The notes: generated by a model from the sequence alone, not told the origin. A DNA stretch of 64,000 nucleotides from Squalus acanthias (GCA_030390025.1 CM059432.1:57972001-58036000), one strand, 5' to 3'. Positions 48,563 through 62,178 are shown, counted from the first letter of the stretch. Program-made: numbers and translations.

Positions 48563-49830
48563 CTGACATTCGTTGTCGGGAAAATTCTGCAATCCATTAT
48601 TAAGGAAGTGGTAATAGGGAATTTAGAAAATCATAATATGATTAGGCAGAGTCAACATGATTTTATGCAAGGGAAATTGTGTTTAACAAATTTATTAGAG
48701 TTCTTTGAGAGCGTAACTAGCAGGGTAGATAAAGGGGAACCAGTGGATGTAGTATATTTGGATTTCCAGAAGGCGATCGATAAGGTGCCACATAAAAGGT
48801 TGTTATGCAAGATAAGGGCTCATGGGGTGGGAGTAATTATGAGCGTGGATAGAGGATTGGTTAATGGACAGAAAACAGAGAGTAGGGATAAACAGGTCAT
48901 TTTCAGGTTGGCAGGCTGTAACTAGTGGGGTGCCGCAAGGATCCCCAGCCTCAGCTACTTACAATCTATATTAATGACTTAGATGAAGGGACTGAGTGCA
49001 ATGTATTCAAGTTTACTGATGATACAAAACTAGGTGGGAAAGTAAGCTGTGAGGAGGACAGAAAGAGCTCGCAAAGGGATATAGACAGGTTAAGTAAGTG
49101 GGCAATAAGGTGGCAGATGGAATATAATGTGGGGAAATGTGAGGTTATTCATTTTGGTTGGAAGAATAGAAAAACAGAATATTTTTTAAATGGTGAGAAA
49201 CTATTAAATGTTGGTGTTCAGAGAGATTTAGGTGTCCTCGTACAGGAAGCACAGAGAGTTAGCACGCAGGTACAGCAAGCAATTAGAAAGGCAAATGGCA
49301 TGTTTGCCTTTATTGCAAGGGGGTTGGAGTACAAGGGTAAGTAAGTCTTGCTACAATTGTACAGGGCTTTGGTGAGACCACACCTGGAGTACTGTACACA
49401 GTTTTGGTCTCCTTATCTGAGGAAGGATATACTTGCGTTAGAGACAGTGCAACGAATGTTCACTAGATTGATTCCTGGGATGAGAGGGTTGTCCTATGAG
49501 GAGAGATTGAGTAGATTGGGCCTATGCTCTCTGGAGTTTAGAAGAATGAGAGGTAATCTCATTAAAACATACAAGAATCTGAGGGAGATTGACAGGGTAG
49601 ATGCTGAGAGGTTGTTTCCCCTGGCTCGAGTGTCTAGAACTAGGGGGCATAGTCTCAGGATAAGGGGCCGACCATTTAAGACTGGGATGAGGAGGAATTT
49701 TTTCACTCAGAGGGTTGTGAATCTTTGGAATTCTCTACTCCAAAGGGCTGTGGATGCTGAATCGTTGAGTATATTCACGGCTGAGATAGATAGATTTTTG
49801 GATTCTAGGGGAATCAAGGGATCAGGCGGA
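48563..49830 (+). mobile_element. CR1 LINE RT fragment
   Basis: ORF pieces at 48608-48925, 48925-49344 and 49348-49854 with CR1 RT motifs. Confidence 0.9.
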
Positions 49831-50781
49831 GAAGATTGCAAAGTTTGGCAATGATGCAGAAAGATTTCTGTATTTCATCATAAATCCTGATGTTCGTATG
49901 ACCTTATGTTGTGTAGATTACATTCTGTCCTTTACTAAACCCTGCATCTCTACTGGCATCATGTGGATATTGACTAGATTCAAGTTGCATTGCTCTTATG
50001 CACAAAGAAGAGTTCCATTAGCATTTTGCTGCACTATATTGGCACATCTTGATTTTGGCTGAGTCAATAACGAGTCAGTTATTCATGCATGTAGAAGGCA
50101 AACGCAACAGTGATAACAGTGTGGCTAATTCCAGATATTACAGAGTTAAAACATTCATCAATTTCAGGACCATGTTATTTCTTACAACAGGATAGGTTTA
50201 CTGAATGTCAGCCATTCTTGTTTCAGAAAACTGCAGTTTGTTCGGGATGAAGGCAGGGAGTCTGAGCTCCATGGTACGTATATGGGTGACTTCAGTAGCT
50301 TTGAAGAGTTTGAGACAGAGCTAAGGAGATGGAATGCAAGTTGGATAAATGTTCCATGGAAGATCATCCAGATACTGTACTATTACTTTGACATTACAAC
50401 ACCTGAATGTAGTTTTATGTACTACAATCAATGCTACTGTATCAGTCTCCAGGAACCATTGGAGGCTGCCACTAAAAAGATAAGTACAGGAAACTTTCGT
50501 TTATCCGGCATCGACGGGACCGGCGTGGTGCCGGTTTATCGAAAGTACCGGATAACGGAGAGTTATATCTACCGAGGCTATTTTTAACCTAAAAAAATCA
50601 AGAAATGTGCAGTATACAGTATTTGGGTACTCACCTACAGAATGTTGTGTTAAATGGATAGTGGAAGATGCTTGATTAAGTACAGTACTGCCAGTTGAGG
50701 GTAATCCATAACTCTTTAATTACTTAACAGTAAAACAAAACTTATAAACGACTGTCTACAGTACTGTAGTTGACTGTACAC

Positions 50782-52539
50782 TTATTCCGAGTCATCTGGT
50801 TCATCAGAAATATCCGTGCCAGCTGGGTCATCAGGATCACGCAGTTCCACCGATTCTTCAGGCACTTCCGCTGCTTCGACTCTTTTGGAAGCTTTCTTAA
50901 ACATGTTGCGGATGTCGGTTTGCTTAGTGGACTCTTGCCTTTTCTGTAGAAAGGTGGAATGCAGAATATGGAGTTGCATAACTTCTTGTGCAGTGTAGCA
51001 ATTCTGCCTTTCAGCAAATTTGAGGATTGTAGAAAATCCTTCTGCAGCTTTAGCCCAAGAAATCTTCTCTTCTTCAGAAATCTCATCCTCTTCACTTTCC
51101 ATCTCGCTTTCCTTTTCTTTCTTTGGATTCAAAACATTCTGAATTATTTCATCATCACTTAGCATATGCACAACACCAACTTCTCTATCTGCATCAACCC
51201 ACTGCTCGATATCACTTTCACTGAGGTGACGTAGAGGGTTTGCTGGGCCTGCATTTTTCACCATTCCAGCCATTTCCATTATTGTACTCTTCTTGGGACG
51301 AACACTGAACCCATGAAATTCCTCCTCTGAAGAAGAACCTTCAGCAAACATTACAGAAGGCCACAATTTGCGCCAGGCTTGCCTCAGAGTGTGACCTTTC
51401 ACCAATTTCCAGGAACATGCAACATTATAGATGGCATCTTTAATATTGTATTCCTTCTGCAAATCTTGAATATTCTCATCTTGGCTTAGCAGTTTACGTA
51501 GGAAGTCTTTCTTGTAATGACACTTCAGATTTTGGATAACGCCCTGGTCCATGGGTTGGATGAGAGAAGTTACATTTGGTGGCAAATAAATGGTGAAAAT
51601 ATTTCCCGAAACCAACTGGGATTCATGCGGATGGGCTCTGCAATTATCAAGCAATAAAATGCATTTGCTATCTTCAGGTTTCCCTATTCTGCGGAAATGT
51701 TCCTTCACAGATGGAACAAAAATATGATGGAACCAATCGGAGAAGATTTCCTTATCCATCCAAGCATTTTTTTGAGCTTTGTACTCAACAGGTAAGTGCC
51801 TCACATTTTTAAATGCACGGGGATTTTTATACTTCCCGATAACAAGAAGTTTAACCCGGTGTGATCCAGCAGCGTTCGCACATGTTAGCACGGTTACACG
51901 ATCTTTATTTTTCTTGTAACCTGAAGCATTAGCCTCACTAGCCCCAGCAAGCGTTGATTCTGGCAAAAACCTCCAAAACAAGCCAGTTTCATCGGCATTG
52001 TAGATCTGTGCTGGCGACAAATCATGTTGCTGCACAATCCGATTGAAATAATTGCAGTATTCTTCTGCGGCTTCGTGATCAGCTGATTTCTTCTCCCCGG
52101 AAATATCGAGTCGTCGTATCCCGTGCCGTAACTTGAAGCACGTTAGCCATCCATCGGAGAAAGCACACTTGTCAGTGAGCTCCATCCTATCGTAGAATTC
52201 CTTCGCTTTCTCGATGAGCATGGGTCCGGAAATTGGAACACCCTCTGAACGCTTAAGAGAAAACCATTCATAAAGCACGGTATCCAGCTCTTCAAGCTTA
52301 GGCTTACGAAGCGTACGCCGTTTCTCTACACTCTTGCATGTCTCCGAGCTTGAATAAAACTTGAGCAGCTTATCCTTCTGCGATTTGATGTCGTAGATTG
52401 TTGACGAACCGATTTTGAATTCATTCATAATGTTGATACGCTTCTCTCCCCTTTCTAGTCGTTGGCATATCTCGATTTTCTGTTTTAAAGTTAAGACCAC
52501 TCTCTTCCTTTTGCTTGGACCAGCTTTTGGGAATTCCAT
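50782..52539 (-). CDS. Tigger/pogo transposase (585 aa, CENP-B/Jerky-like, DD32D)
   Basis: ATG at 52539 ([13 protein letters not shown]); two CENP-B-type HTH domains; catalytic [18 protein letters not shown] and IQPMDQGVI with 32 residues between the last two Asp; acidic C-terminus; no stops or frameshifts. Confidence 0.93.
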   Translation of the reverse strand: MEFPKAGPSKRKRVVLTLKQKIEICQRLERGEKRINIMNEFKIGSSTIYDIKSQKDKLLKFYSSSETCKSVEKRRTLRKPKLEELDTVLYEWFSLKRSEGVPISGPMLIEKAKEFYDRMELTDKCAFSDGWLTCFKLRHGIRRLDISGEKKSADHEAAEEYCNYFNRIVQQHDLSPAQIYNADETGLFWRFLPESTLAGASEANASGYKKNKDRVTVLTCANAAGSHRVKLLVIGKYKNPRAFKNVRHLPVEYKAQKNAWMDKEIFSDWFHHIFVPSVKEHFRRIGKPEDSKCILLLDNCRAHPHESQLVSGNIFTIYLPPNVTSLIQPMDQGVIQNLKCHYKKDFLRKLLSQDENIQDLQKEYNIKDAIYNVACSWKLVKGHTLRQAWRKLWPSVMFAEGSSSEEEFHGFSVRPKKSTIMEMAGMVKNAGPANPLRHLSESDIEQWVDADREVGVVHMLSDDEIIQNVLNPKKEKESEMESEEDEISEEEKISWAKAAEGFSTILKFAERQNCYTAQEVMQLHILHSTFLQKRQESTKQTDIRNMFKKASKRVEAAEVPEESVELRDPDDPAGTDISDEPDDSE

Positions 52540-52593
52540 AATGCAAGATGGAGGAGATAATTGCCGATGAAGATGGAAAGACACACAGAACAA

Positions 52594-52920
52594 TGGTGGC
52601 TAGGAAGAGACTACCAGCAGCGTGGCAGACACACAGCAAAATGGTGGATCAGAAGAGACTACAGTACCAGCAGCGTGGCAGACACACAGTAAAATGGTGT
52701 ATCAGAAGAGACTACAGTACCAGCAGCGTGGGAGACACACAGTAAAATGGTGGATCAGAAGAGACTACAGTACCAGCAGCGTGGCAGACACACAGTAAAA
52801 TGGTGGATCAGAAGAGACTACAGTACCAGCAGCGTGGGAGACACCCAGCAAAATGGTGGATCAGAAGAGACTACCAGCATCGTGGGAGACACCCAGCAAA
52901 ATGGCCGATCCGAAGAGACT
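52594..52920 (+). repeat. 53/48-bp minisatellite (about 6 units) inside the Tigger 5' region
   Basis: Units start at 52594, 52642, 52695, 52748, 52801, 52854 and 52902 (partial); consensus TGGTGGATCAGAAGAGACTACAGTACCAGCAGCGTGG(C/G)AGACACACAGTAAAA. Confidence 0.93.
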
Positions 52921-53026
52921 CCAGGCAGTGCGGGAGAATCTACTCATGCTACTGCAATGTTTCGGACTTGCGACAGCGCCAGGAGGCCGAGTAGTGGCAC
53001 TTTTGAAAAGTACCCCTACTGACTAA

Positions 53027-53169
53027 ATCGGCGTTCGCGGACTCGGACTCGGACTCGGGATCGGCAACATTGCCGGTTATTTGAGAGGAGTTTTCGGAGC
53101 ACTCGGCGTTCGCGGAGACTCGACTGCGACTCGGCAACATTGCCGGTTATTTGAGAGGAGTTTTCGGAG
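53027..53169 (+). repeat. Two subterminal direct repeats of about 75 bp in the Tigger
   Basis: tcggcgttcgcgga...tcggcaacattgccggttatttgagaggagttttcggag occurs twice. Confidence 0.85.
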
Positions 53170-54924
53170 GATGATTTTTGCCGGTTAAGCGAGAATTCCG
53201 GTTATTTGGGTGCCGGATAAACGAAAGTTTCCTGTAATACATTTTTACTTAATTAATTGTGGAGCCAGAAGTGTGCCTCCTAGCTCCACATTAAAACTGC
53301 AAGCGCTGCTGGCCACTGCTCACCCCCACCCCTGCCGATCTCCTATTCTGAAACCCAAGGACACCAGTAGAGATCAAATACAAAAGCTCATCAAGAGCAG
53401 TCCATAGGGGTGATGAAACAATGATTCCACGGCCTGGACTGGTCTCAGGGTTTCCTACAGTACAGCCCTGAGAAAGCACCAAGGATAATGCTGGTGCGCT
53501 GCCTCCTGCATAACCTGGCCCTGCAGAGGGGAGAGCTACTGTTGGTGACAAATGAAGAGGAGGAAGCTGTTGAACTGGAGGATGCAGCAGTGACAGGAAG
53601 TCTGCATCATTAGCTTAGAGCCAGAGCTGTATGCCAGCCAGAGCTATACTGCACTGAAGTATCAACCCAGATTAGATTATGTGCTCAAGTCTCTAGAGTG
53701 GGGCTTGAACCCACATTTGTCTCACTCTGGCAATGAGGCAAGGCTGACACCTTGGGAGAGGAAGAAGTAGCAAGTTGTGAACAAGATGGGAAGGTGCTAA
53801 TGAGCAAGAAAGTGGCTCTAGTGTGAAATGTGAAAACAGCAGAAAAGTGGAATGCTTTCCAGTTGCTACCTAGTAAAAGCAGAATGCATAATTGAAATCA
53901 GTGGAATGAGAGTTGGGCGGGTTCTATAAAGGGTGGGTGAATTGCTCTGCCAGATTACTGCCAGGTGGTGAAGATGAAAGTATATCCCTATATTTCATAC
54001 ATGCACAAAATGATTTAAATAAAACTATCAGTGGTAAGAACCAGATATTGGAAGAGTGCTGTAATGTATTAAATACAAACTGTTTGGAGCTGGGAGTTCC
54101 TTTGCCTTATGCTTACAATATGTTGAATTGGTAATTGAATTGTTTGTACTGTCTACCGTCAATTTCAATTCATGATGATGCTGAAGAGAGGATTTCATAT
54201 GAAAATTCTGCTTGCAAGCTTGTCCTGTCTGGAGGTTTTAAAAGATAAAACACAAGTCACAAGGGAGAGATTATGGCAAAAGTGCATTTAGGATTATGTG
54301 GCATCTCAGATGAGTAGAGTTCTCCTTTCATGTGGTACAATCAATGTACTGGGTGACAGGGCAGTGTCTCAGACTTTAATCCTTTGAACCACACTAAATT
54401 ACAAACTGGTGTTTGTATAATCCTGAAAATGCTGCAGAAAATCAGTAAATTTTACACACGCCAACATAAGGCAGATATTTAATTCCAGTATCAATCTTTG
54501 TAAAATGTGGGATTTTAAAAGACATTTATGAATTCTCAGCAGGGGGCTGTCAAATACCGTGGTCTGTTTTTACCAGAATATTTTTGGTAGGAGCATTGGG
54601 ATCAGTCTGAGATTTACAGGGTTAAAGTACTTTAAACTTGAGCCCAAAATATTGCTACACTGTCAAATTTACCTCTGAGCTTAATATAGTATCAATTTTG
54701 TTTTTCATAAGAACATTAGAAAACATGAAATGAGAAAAGCTCATCACCCTATATAGGCCACTCCCTTTGCCGGTATTGTATAATCTGCTCTATCATGGAA
54801 TCTACACTCCTCCATTTAATCTCCTGAGGGAAAGTTCTGTATAAATATTTCATGAGCCCCATGAGTAAAATTCCAGTACAGGAATATTCACCAATCCCAC
54901 ATCACTGCTACTCACCTTTAGAAG

Positions 54925-57680
54925 AGATTTTCAAAATGGAAAAGGAGGAGAGGTAGTCCTGATAATAAAGGATGGGATAAAGACAATGGAGAGGAAGGAT
55001 CTTAGCTCCAAAAATCAAGAAGTAGAATCAGTTTGGGTGGAGCTAAGGAACAACAAGGGGCAGAAAACATTGGTGGGAGTTGTTTATAGGCCCCCAAACA
55101 GTATTTGTAATGTAGGGCAGAGTATAAATCAGGAAATTAGAGGTGCATGTAACAAGGGTAATACAGTAATCATGGGGGACTTTAATCTACATATAGACTG
55201 GGCAAACCAAATTTGCAGTAATAGTGTGGAGGACGAATTCATGGAATGTATGCAAGATAGTTTTCTAGATCAGTATGTTGAGGAACCAACTTAGGAACAG
55301 GCTATTTTAGATCTAGTGTTGTGCAATGAGAAAGGGTTAATTAATAACCTTGTAGTAAAGGGGCCTTTAGGGAAGAGTGACCATAATGTGATAGAATTTT
55401 ATATTGAGTTTGAAAGTGATTTAGTTAAATCTGAAACTAGAGTCTTAAATCTAAACAAAGCAAACTATGTAGGTATGAGGGGCGAGTTGGCTAAGGTAGA
55501 CTGAGAAACTACATTAAAAGGTATGATGGTAGACAAGCAATGGCTAGCATTTAAAGAATTCATACATAATTTACAACAAATATACATTCCTTTACGGCAC
55601 AAAAACCCCACAGGAAAAGTGGTCCAACTGTGGCTGACAAGAGAAGTTAAAGATAGTATTAGATCAAAGGAAGAGGCTTATAATATTGCCAAAAAGAGTA
55701 GTAAGCCTGAGGATTGGGAGGATTTTAGAATTCAGCAAAGAAGGACCAAGAAATTGATAAAGAAAGGGAAAATAGAATATGAGAGTAAACTAGCGAGAGA
55801 CATAAAAACAGACTGTAAAAGCTTCTATAGGTAAGTAAAAAGGAAAAGATTAGCTAAAGTAAATGTGGGTCCCTTACAGGCTGGGACAGCAGAAATTATA
55901 ATGGGGAATAAGGAAATGGCAGAGAAATTAAACAAATACTTTTGTGTCTGTCTTCACGGAAGAAGATGTAAAAAACTTACCAGAAATAGTGGAGAACCAA
56001 GGGTCTAGCAAGAATGAGGAACTGAAAGAAATTAGTATTAGTAAAAAAATAGTAATGGAGAAATTAATGGGACTGAAAGCCAATAAATCCCCTGGACCTG
56101 ATGGCCTACATCCTAGGGGTTTGAAAGAGCTGGCTATAGAGATAGTGGATGCATTGGTTGTCATTTTCCAAAATTCCATAGATTCTAGAACAGTTCTCGC
56201 GGATTGGAAGGTAGCAAATGGAACCCCACTATATAAGAAAGGAGGGAGAGAGAAAACGGGGAACTACAGACCAGTTAGCCTGACATCAGTAGTAGGGAAA
56301 ATGCTAGAATCTATTATTAAGGACGTGGTAACAGGGCACTTAGAAAATAATAATAGGATTGGGCAGAGTCAACACGGATTTATGAAAGGGAAATCGTGTT
56401 TGACAAATCTGTTGAGTTTTTTGAGGTTGTAAGTAGCAGAATAGATAAGGGGGAACCAGTGGATGTGGTGTATTTGGATTTTCAGAAGGCATTCGATAAG
56501 GTGCCACACAAGAGGTTATTAAACAAAATTAGGGCTCATGGGATTTGGGGGTAATATACTAGTATGGATTGAGGATTGGTTAACGGACAGAAAACAGAGA
56601 GTAGAATAAATGGGTCATTTTTGGGTTGGCAGGCTGTAACTAGTGGGGTACTGCAAGGATCAGTGCTTGGGCCTCAGCTATTCACAATTTACATCAATGA
56701 TTTGGATGAGGGAACCAAATGTAATATATCCAAGTTTGCTGATGATACAAAGCTGGGTGGGAATGTAAGTTGTGAGGAGGATGCAAGGAGGCTTCAAGGG
56801 AATATAGACAAGCTAAGTGAGTGGGCAAGAACATGGCAAATGGAATAAAATGTGGAGAAATGTGAAGTTATCCACTTTGGTAGGAAAAATAGAAAAGCAG
56901 AGTATTTTTTAAATGGTGAGAGATTGGGAAATGTTGGTGTTCAAAGGGACCTGGGTGTCCTTGTACACGAATCACTGAAAGTTAACATGCAGGTACAGCA
57001 AGCAATTAGGAAAGCAAATGGTATGTTGGCCCTTATTACAAGAGGATTTGCGTATACGAGTAAAGACATCTTCCTGCAATTATATAGGGCCCTGGTGAGA
57101 CCACACCAGGAGTATTGTGTACAGTTTTGGTCTCCATACTTCAGGAAGGATATACTTGCCATAGAGGGTGTGCAATGAAGGTTCACCAGACTGGTTCCTG
57201 GGATGGGGGGATTGTCCTATGAGGAGAGATTGAGTAGACCAGGCCTATATTCTCTAGAGTTTAGAAGAATGAGAGGTGATCTCATTGAAACATACAAAAT
57301 TCTTACAGGGCTTGACAGGGTAGATGCAGGGAGGATGTTTCCCCTGGCTGGGGAGTCTAGAACCAGGGGTCACAGTCTCAGAATAAGGGGTCGGCCATTT
57401 TGGACTGAGATGAGGAAAAATTTCTTCACTCAGAGGGTGGTGAATCTTTGGAATTCTCTACCTCAGAGGGCTGTGGAGGCTCAGTCATTGAGTATATTCA
57501 AGACAGAAATCGATAGATTTTAGAATATTAAGGGAATCAAGGAATATGGGGATAGTGCAGGAAAGTGGAGATGAGGTCGAAGATCAGCCATGATCTTATT
57601 GAATGGCGGAGCAGGTTCGAAGGGCCAAATGGCCTACTCCTGCTCTATTTCTTATGTTCTTATGTTATGTTCTTATGTTA
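54925..57680 (+). mobile_element. CR1 LINE, 5'-truncated within the endonuclease, degraded
   Basis: GVVYRPPN, IMGDFNL, GKSDHN, then RT motifs with stops and frameshifts; 3' tail (TCTTATGT)n. Confidence 0.93.
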
Positions 57681-57889
57681 ATGCTCTCTATAGGCAACAT
57701 TCTGTCCCTTTTCCCTTCCCTGCATCACAGGTTTTAGATTTTAGTGCTCACCGAATATCCCTAAAGTCTCCAATCAGTTGTAATTCATTATATTGTTACA
57801 CTTAAAAAAAAAACCATCATCAGAGTACATTCTCCACATCAGTTGAACTCAATCAGCCAAGAAAGGGTGGGGTAAGGGAATGACAATAA

Positions 57890-58260
57890 ACCTGGCTGCA
57901 GACAAGATCCCAAGTTCAATTCCCAGTCTGTATTGAGATTGCTGATCTCAGCCTGGGTGACAGTGGGGATACTGCAATTGACCTCAGCAACCCTGAGTTA
58001 GGGAGGGGAAAAACATCCGGGGTTCATGCTCCTGATTACTAATTCTGCTGGAAATATGCATATGTGAGTGTTGGCAAGGACAGCTTTCAGCTTCACCTTG
58101 ATGCACCCCCGCCCCCCCCCCCCCCCCACCCCCACAGTTGAAGAGCCTGCTGACATTCATTGCCAAGGCTTGCACATGGGCGAGATACTGGAGGGAAACT
58201 AACCATGTGGGACTATACCCCAGCAATAGGCTAACAACTTCAGGAGAAAATGAGGGGAGA
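57890..58260 (+). mobile_element. Putative ancient tRNA-derived SINE
   Basis: B-box-like gttcaattcc near the 5' end; similar to 25335-25615. Confidence 0.4.
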
Positions 58261-58659
58261 AAAAAAAAACAAATCCTGAGATTTAATTGTCCTTTTACTC
58301 TTCTGTTGCTGCATCAATCATTTTATTATTATTAGATTTCTAATACAACAAAGCAGAAGGTGCAACATAATTTCTGCATCTTGACAACTGTAATGAAACA
58401 TTCTGTGGATCAGTTTTAACCTTTGTAAAGCTGAGCTGACTGGGATTGTTCAAACCCATTCATTAGCACAGACACTGGCATTTGTGTGGCTGCTGATTGA
58501 TGAGCCGATTTCATTTGCCTATTTGATTTCTTAGTTTTACGTCAGGCTCACATCAGTCAGCGTTTCTAAAGCTGAAACTAATGTTGATACCGTGTAATGT
58601 TTTGCTAGAAATCTAACATTATGGAGTGTGTTATTATGAAATAAAAAAGAAAGAACTAC

Positions 58660-59085
58660 TACATAGAATTTACAGCACAGAAACAGGCCATATGGCCCAG
58701 GTGGTCTGTGCCAGTGTTTATGCTCCACACGAGCCTCCTTCCACCCTACTTCATCTAACCATATCTGCATATCCTTCTATACCTTTCTCACTAATGTATT
58801 TACCTAGCTTTCCCTAAAAGGCATCTATGCTAGTCACCTCAACTACTCCTTGTGGTAGCAAGTTCCACATCCAAACCACTCTCTGGGTCAAGAGGTTTCT
58901 CCTGAATTCTTTATTTGATTTATTAATGACTCTCTTATATCTATGGCCCCTAGTTTTGGATTCCCCCACAGGTGGAAACATCTCTGCGTCTACCTTATCA
59001 AACCCCTTAATAATTTTAAAGACCTCTATTAGGTCATCCTTAGCCTTCTATTTTCTAGAGAAAAGAGTCCCAGCTTATTCAGTCT
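58660..59085 (-). mobile_element. CR1 3' end fragment
   Basis: Reverse complement of the same 3' UTR type as 35900-36115. Confidence 0.8.
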
Positions 59086-59086
59086 T

Positions 59087-62000
59087 AACATAAGAAATAG
59101 GAGCAGGAGTAGGCCATTTGGCCCTTCCAGCTTGCTGCACTATTCAATAAGATCATGGCTGATCTACCTCATTTCCACTTTCCCGCCCTATCCCCATATC
59201 CCTTGATTCCCTTCGTATCCAAAAATCTATCAATCTCTGTCTTGGATATACTCAATGACTGAGCATCCACAACCCTCTGGGGTAGAGAATTCCAAAGATT
59301 CACAACCCTTTAAGTGAAGAAATTTCTCCTCATCTTAGTCCTAAATGGTCAGCCCCTTATTCTGAGGCTGTGACCCCGCTAGGCCTAGAAATTTGGCAGC
59401 GGTAAAAAGCTGCCGGTGCCACTGCGGGCCAGTGTTAATGGCTGCCGTAAACTGAAAGCGAGGTTGCCATTTCAGAAGGCAGTTCGGTCCCTTAAAGGGG
59501 AACTGCCTTCTGAAATGAAAAAAACAAAAATGAAGTAAAAAAAATACAGTTTTCAGCCCTTACAGTTCAATTGCCTTTTAAAAAAAATTTACATTTGAAA
59601 TAAACATTCCCAAATGGGAGTCTTTAGCTCTTAAAGCTGAATTCCCTTTCGCACCTCAAAAAATGGGAAAAGTGCTTCAGCACAAATACAAATGGCTCAG
59701 CAAGCCAGAGAAGGGGCACCCAGGGTCTCGCAAGCTGCACTCCAGCTTTGTGCAGGGGGTCAACACTGCAAAAGAGGTCTTCTACCCACAGGGGCCAGGA
59801 GATCCTCCAGAAAAAAGGATGATGCCAGCAGTGTCGCCCCCCACAACCTGGCTCCAGTGCCCAAAGAAACTTCATGGACTCAGACCACTGGTCAAGGTCA
59901 GTGAATACATCTTCAAAAGTCATCTCCTAACAACCAGCCTCACATACTTCTCAATGCACGACTCCCCCTCCTCCAATCACTCTCCTACCAACAATCTGTA
60001 CCAAACAAGAGGCACACCTCCCATTCCTAGCTTCATCTCACCCCCTTGGAGGAGATGGTGCTGGCCATTCTTGGCAGGGACATGGCTGAGCCCTTAGCCA
60101 GCAGCGGGGATGAAAGGATACAAGATGCTTGTATCCTCATACATTATCCTCTTTCTCACATGCACCTCTTGCTTTCTCGCCCTCCCTTCACCACAACTCC
60201 ACCCTTGTGCCTTCCTCATTTCACACACCTAAGAAATGCAGCCTGCCCAGCCAGTGGTTGACCAAGAAGAGGGAGAGGAGAGTGCAGTGGAAGGAGAAGA
60301 AGAAACACCATCACTCGATTTCACACTCCCAGCCAATAGCTCCTCAAGGTCAACCAGCAAGGCCATTTGCAGTGCTCCACTGAAAGTCAGCAGCCTTACA
60401 CCAGCCATGCTGCAGCCACTGGGGTAACACTGCATGACATCAGTAGGATAGGCAAAGGCACACACAAGACAGTCACTAAGGGAATGCATAAGGGTGATGA
60501 GTTAATTTCTTGATGTAATATTGGATGCATATATGGATAAAGTTGGATTGGAAAGTTTGCTTTGTGGTGGCTTTTATTTTAGCTTTGTAGCCAAGAGGAC
60601 ACTGTGATGGTCAGTAACAGAGGGAAGGTAAGATGTGGGACAAATGTTGAAAGGGGAATTGGGGTTGTGGTGACTGGGACCGCAGACGATGATTCTATCC
60701 CGGATATCCTGGCCAGAAAGGGGCTGTCTGTGTTGCATCCTTCCTTCTGCTACCTCCTCTTCTGCTACCTCCTCTTCTGCTTCCTCCTCTTCCGCTTCCG
60801 CTTCCTCTTCTTCTGCATCTTCCTCTTCTGTGTCTTCCTTTTCCCTCTGCGAGCAGATGTTGGAAATCTGAAGTAAAAGCAGAAAACGCTGGAAATACTC
60901 AGCAGGTCAGGCAGCATCTCGATCTGAGACGTGAACTCTGTTTCTCTCTCCATGGATGCTGCTTGACCTGCTGAGTATTTCCAGCATTTTCTGTCTTCTC
61001 AGAGGCAATACTTCAATAAAATAAAAAATATCCAGTCCAAAAGCTTAATACAAACTTACCTGAAAGATATGTGTAACCGTTTAAGAAGTGTGACAGCGTC
61101 TCTGTCAGTCTGCTGCACACTTAAGACCCAGCGCTAAGGTTGAAGTTCACAGAGTGTGATGTTAAGTCAGCATTGCACGCCGACTGACGTCACGCTCTCA
61201 ATATTTGCATCTCCAGGGCTAGCGCTGCTGACCCTTTTCTAGCCGAGTCCCACGCTAGAGAAAGGCGTTAGAGTGGTGGCCGCCATTTTTCACCAGGATT
61301 GCGGCCCTAACTCATGGCGATAAGATAGGGAATTTCTGGGCCCTAGTTCTAGAATGCACAGCCAGGGGAAACATCCTCCCAGCATCTACTCTGTCAAGTC
61401 CCTTAAGATTTTTATATGTTTCAATGAAATCACCTCTCATTCTTCGAAACTCTAGGGAATATAGGCTTAGTCTACTCAATCTCTCCTCATAGGACAATCC
61501 CCTCATCCCAGGAATCAGTCTTGTGAACCTTCATTGCACTCCCTCTAAGACAATTATATCTTTCCTTAGGTAAGGAGACCAAAACACTACACAGTACTCC
61601 AGGTGTGGTCTCACCAAGGCCCTATATAGTTGCAGTCAGGCTTGTTTACTCTTATATTGGCTGTACTTCATTGGCTGTAAAGCGCTTTGGGACGTCCGGT
61701 GGTCATGAAAGGCGCTATATAAATGCAAGTCTTTCTTTTTCTTTCTTTATATTCCAATCCCTTTTTAATAAAGATTAACATACCACATGCTTTCCTAATT
61801 GCTTGCTGTACCTGCATGTTAACTTTCTGTGATTCATGTACAAGGACACCCAGGTCCCTCTGAATACAAACATTTCCCAGTCTCTCACTTTTTAAAAAAA
61901 TATTCTGCTTTTCTATTTTTCCAATCAAAGTGGATAACTTCACATTTCTCCACATTATATTCCAGCTGCCACCTTCTTGCCCACTCATTTAACCTGTCTA

Positions 62001-62090
62001 TATCCCTTTGCAGCCTCTTTGCGTCCTCCTTGCAACTTACTTTCCCACCTAGCTTTGTATTGTCAGCAAACTTGGATACATTACACTCGA
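59087..62090 (-). mobile_element. CR1 LINE (59087-59381 plus 61343-62090) interrupted by a Harbinger derivative and a SINE tail (about 61660-61745)
   Basis: acataagaaataggagcagg tail; MRGLSYEERLSRLSLYSLEFRRMRGD; RT motifs continue to about 62090. Confidence 0.85.
59382..61342. mobile_element. Internally deleted Harbinger derivative (1961 bp)
   Basis: TIR GGCC(T/C)AGAAATT; TSD CTA (59379-81 and 61343-45); remnants of the Myb-gene 3' part and the acidic transposase tail; a Penelope-end palindrome sits inside at about 60855-60995. Confidence 0.8.
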
Positions 62091-62178
62091 TAATGATTGT
62101 TATAACCTCTCAGTTCTGGTATCATCCTTGTAAAAAAATTTTGCACCTTCAGTGGCTCTATATTCTTTTTGTAATATG

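Larger units (their letters stand above)
50487..53234 (-). mobile_element. Complete pogo/Tigger DNA transposon (2748 bp)
   Basis: Perfect 24-bp TIRs CAGGAAACTTTCGTTTATCCGGCA (50487-50510 and 53211-53234); TA TSD on both sides; single intact transposase ORF. Confidence 0.96.

Noticed and set aside
49860..50480. Possible decayed coding sequence flanking the Tigger (also about 53240-54330)
   Set aside because: Looks vaguely coding, but I could not recognise any motif or consistent frame.
50782..52539. Domesticated host gene JRKL/JRK/TIGD
   Set aside because: Perfect TIRs, TA TSD and an intact catalytic triad indicate a transposon copy, so no gene symbol was assigned.
52594..52920. CRISPR-like array
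   Set aside because: Head-to-tail tandem units without unique spacers, no cas genes, eukaryotic context, and located inside a transposon.
60689..60953. Ser-rich and Lys/Arg-rich ORFs
   Set aside because: Alternative frames of the Glu-rich low-complexity tail of a decayed Harbinger transposase.
61185..61192. Second perfect CRE (TGACGTCA)
   Set aside because: Lies inside a Harbinger derivative about 47 kb from the gene; no support for function.
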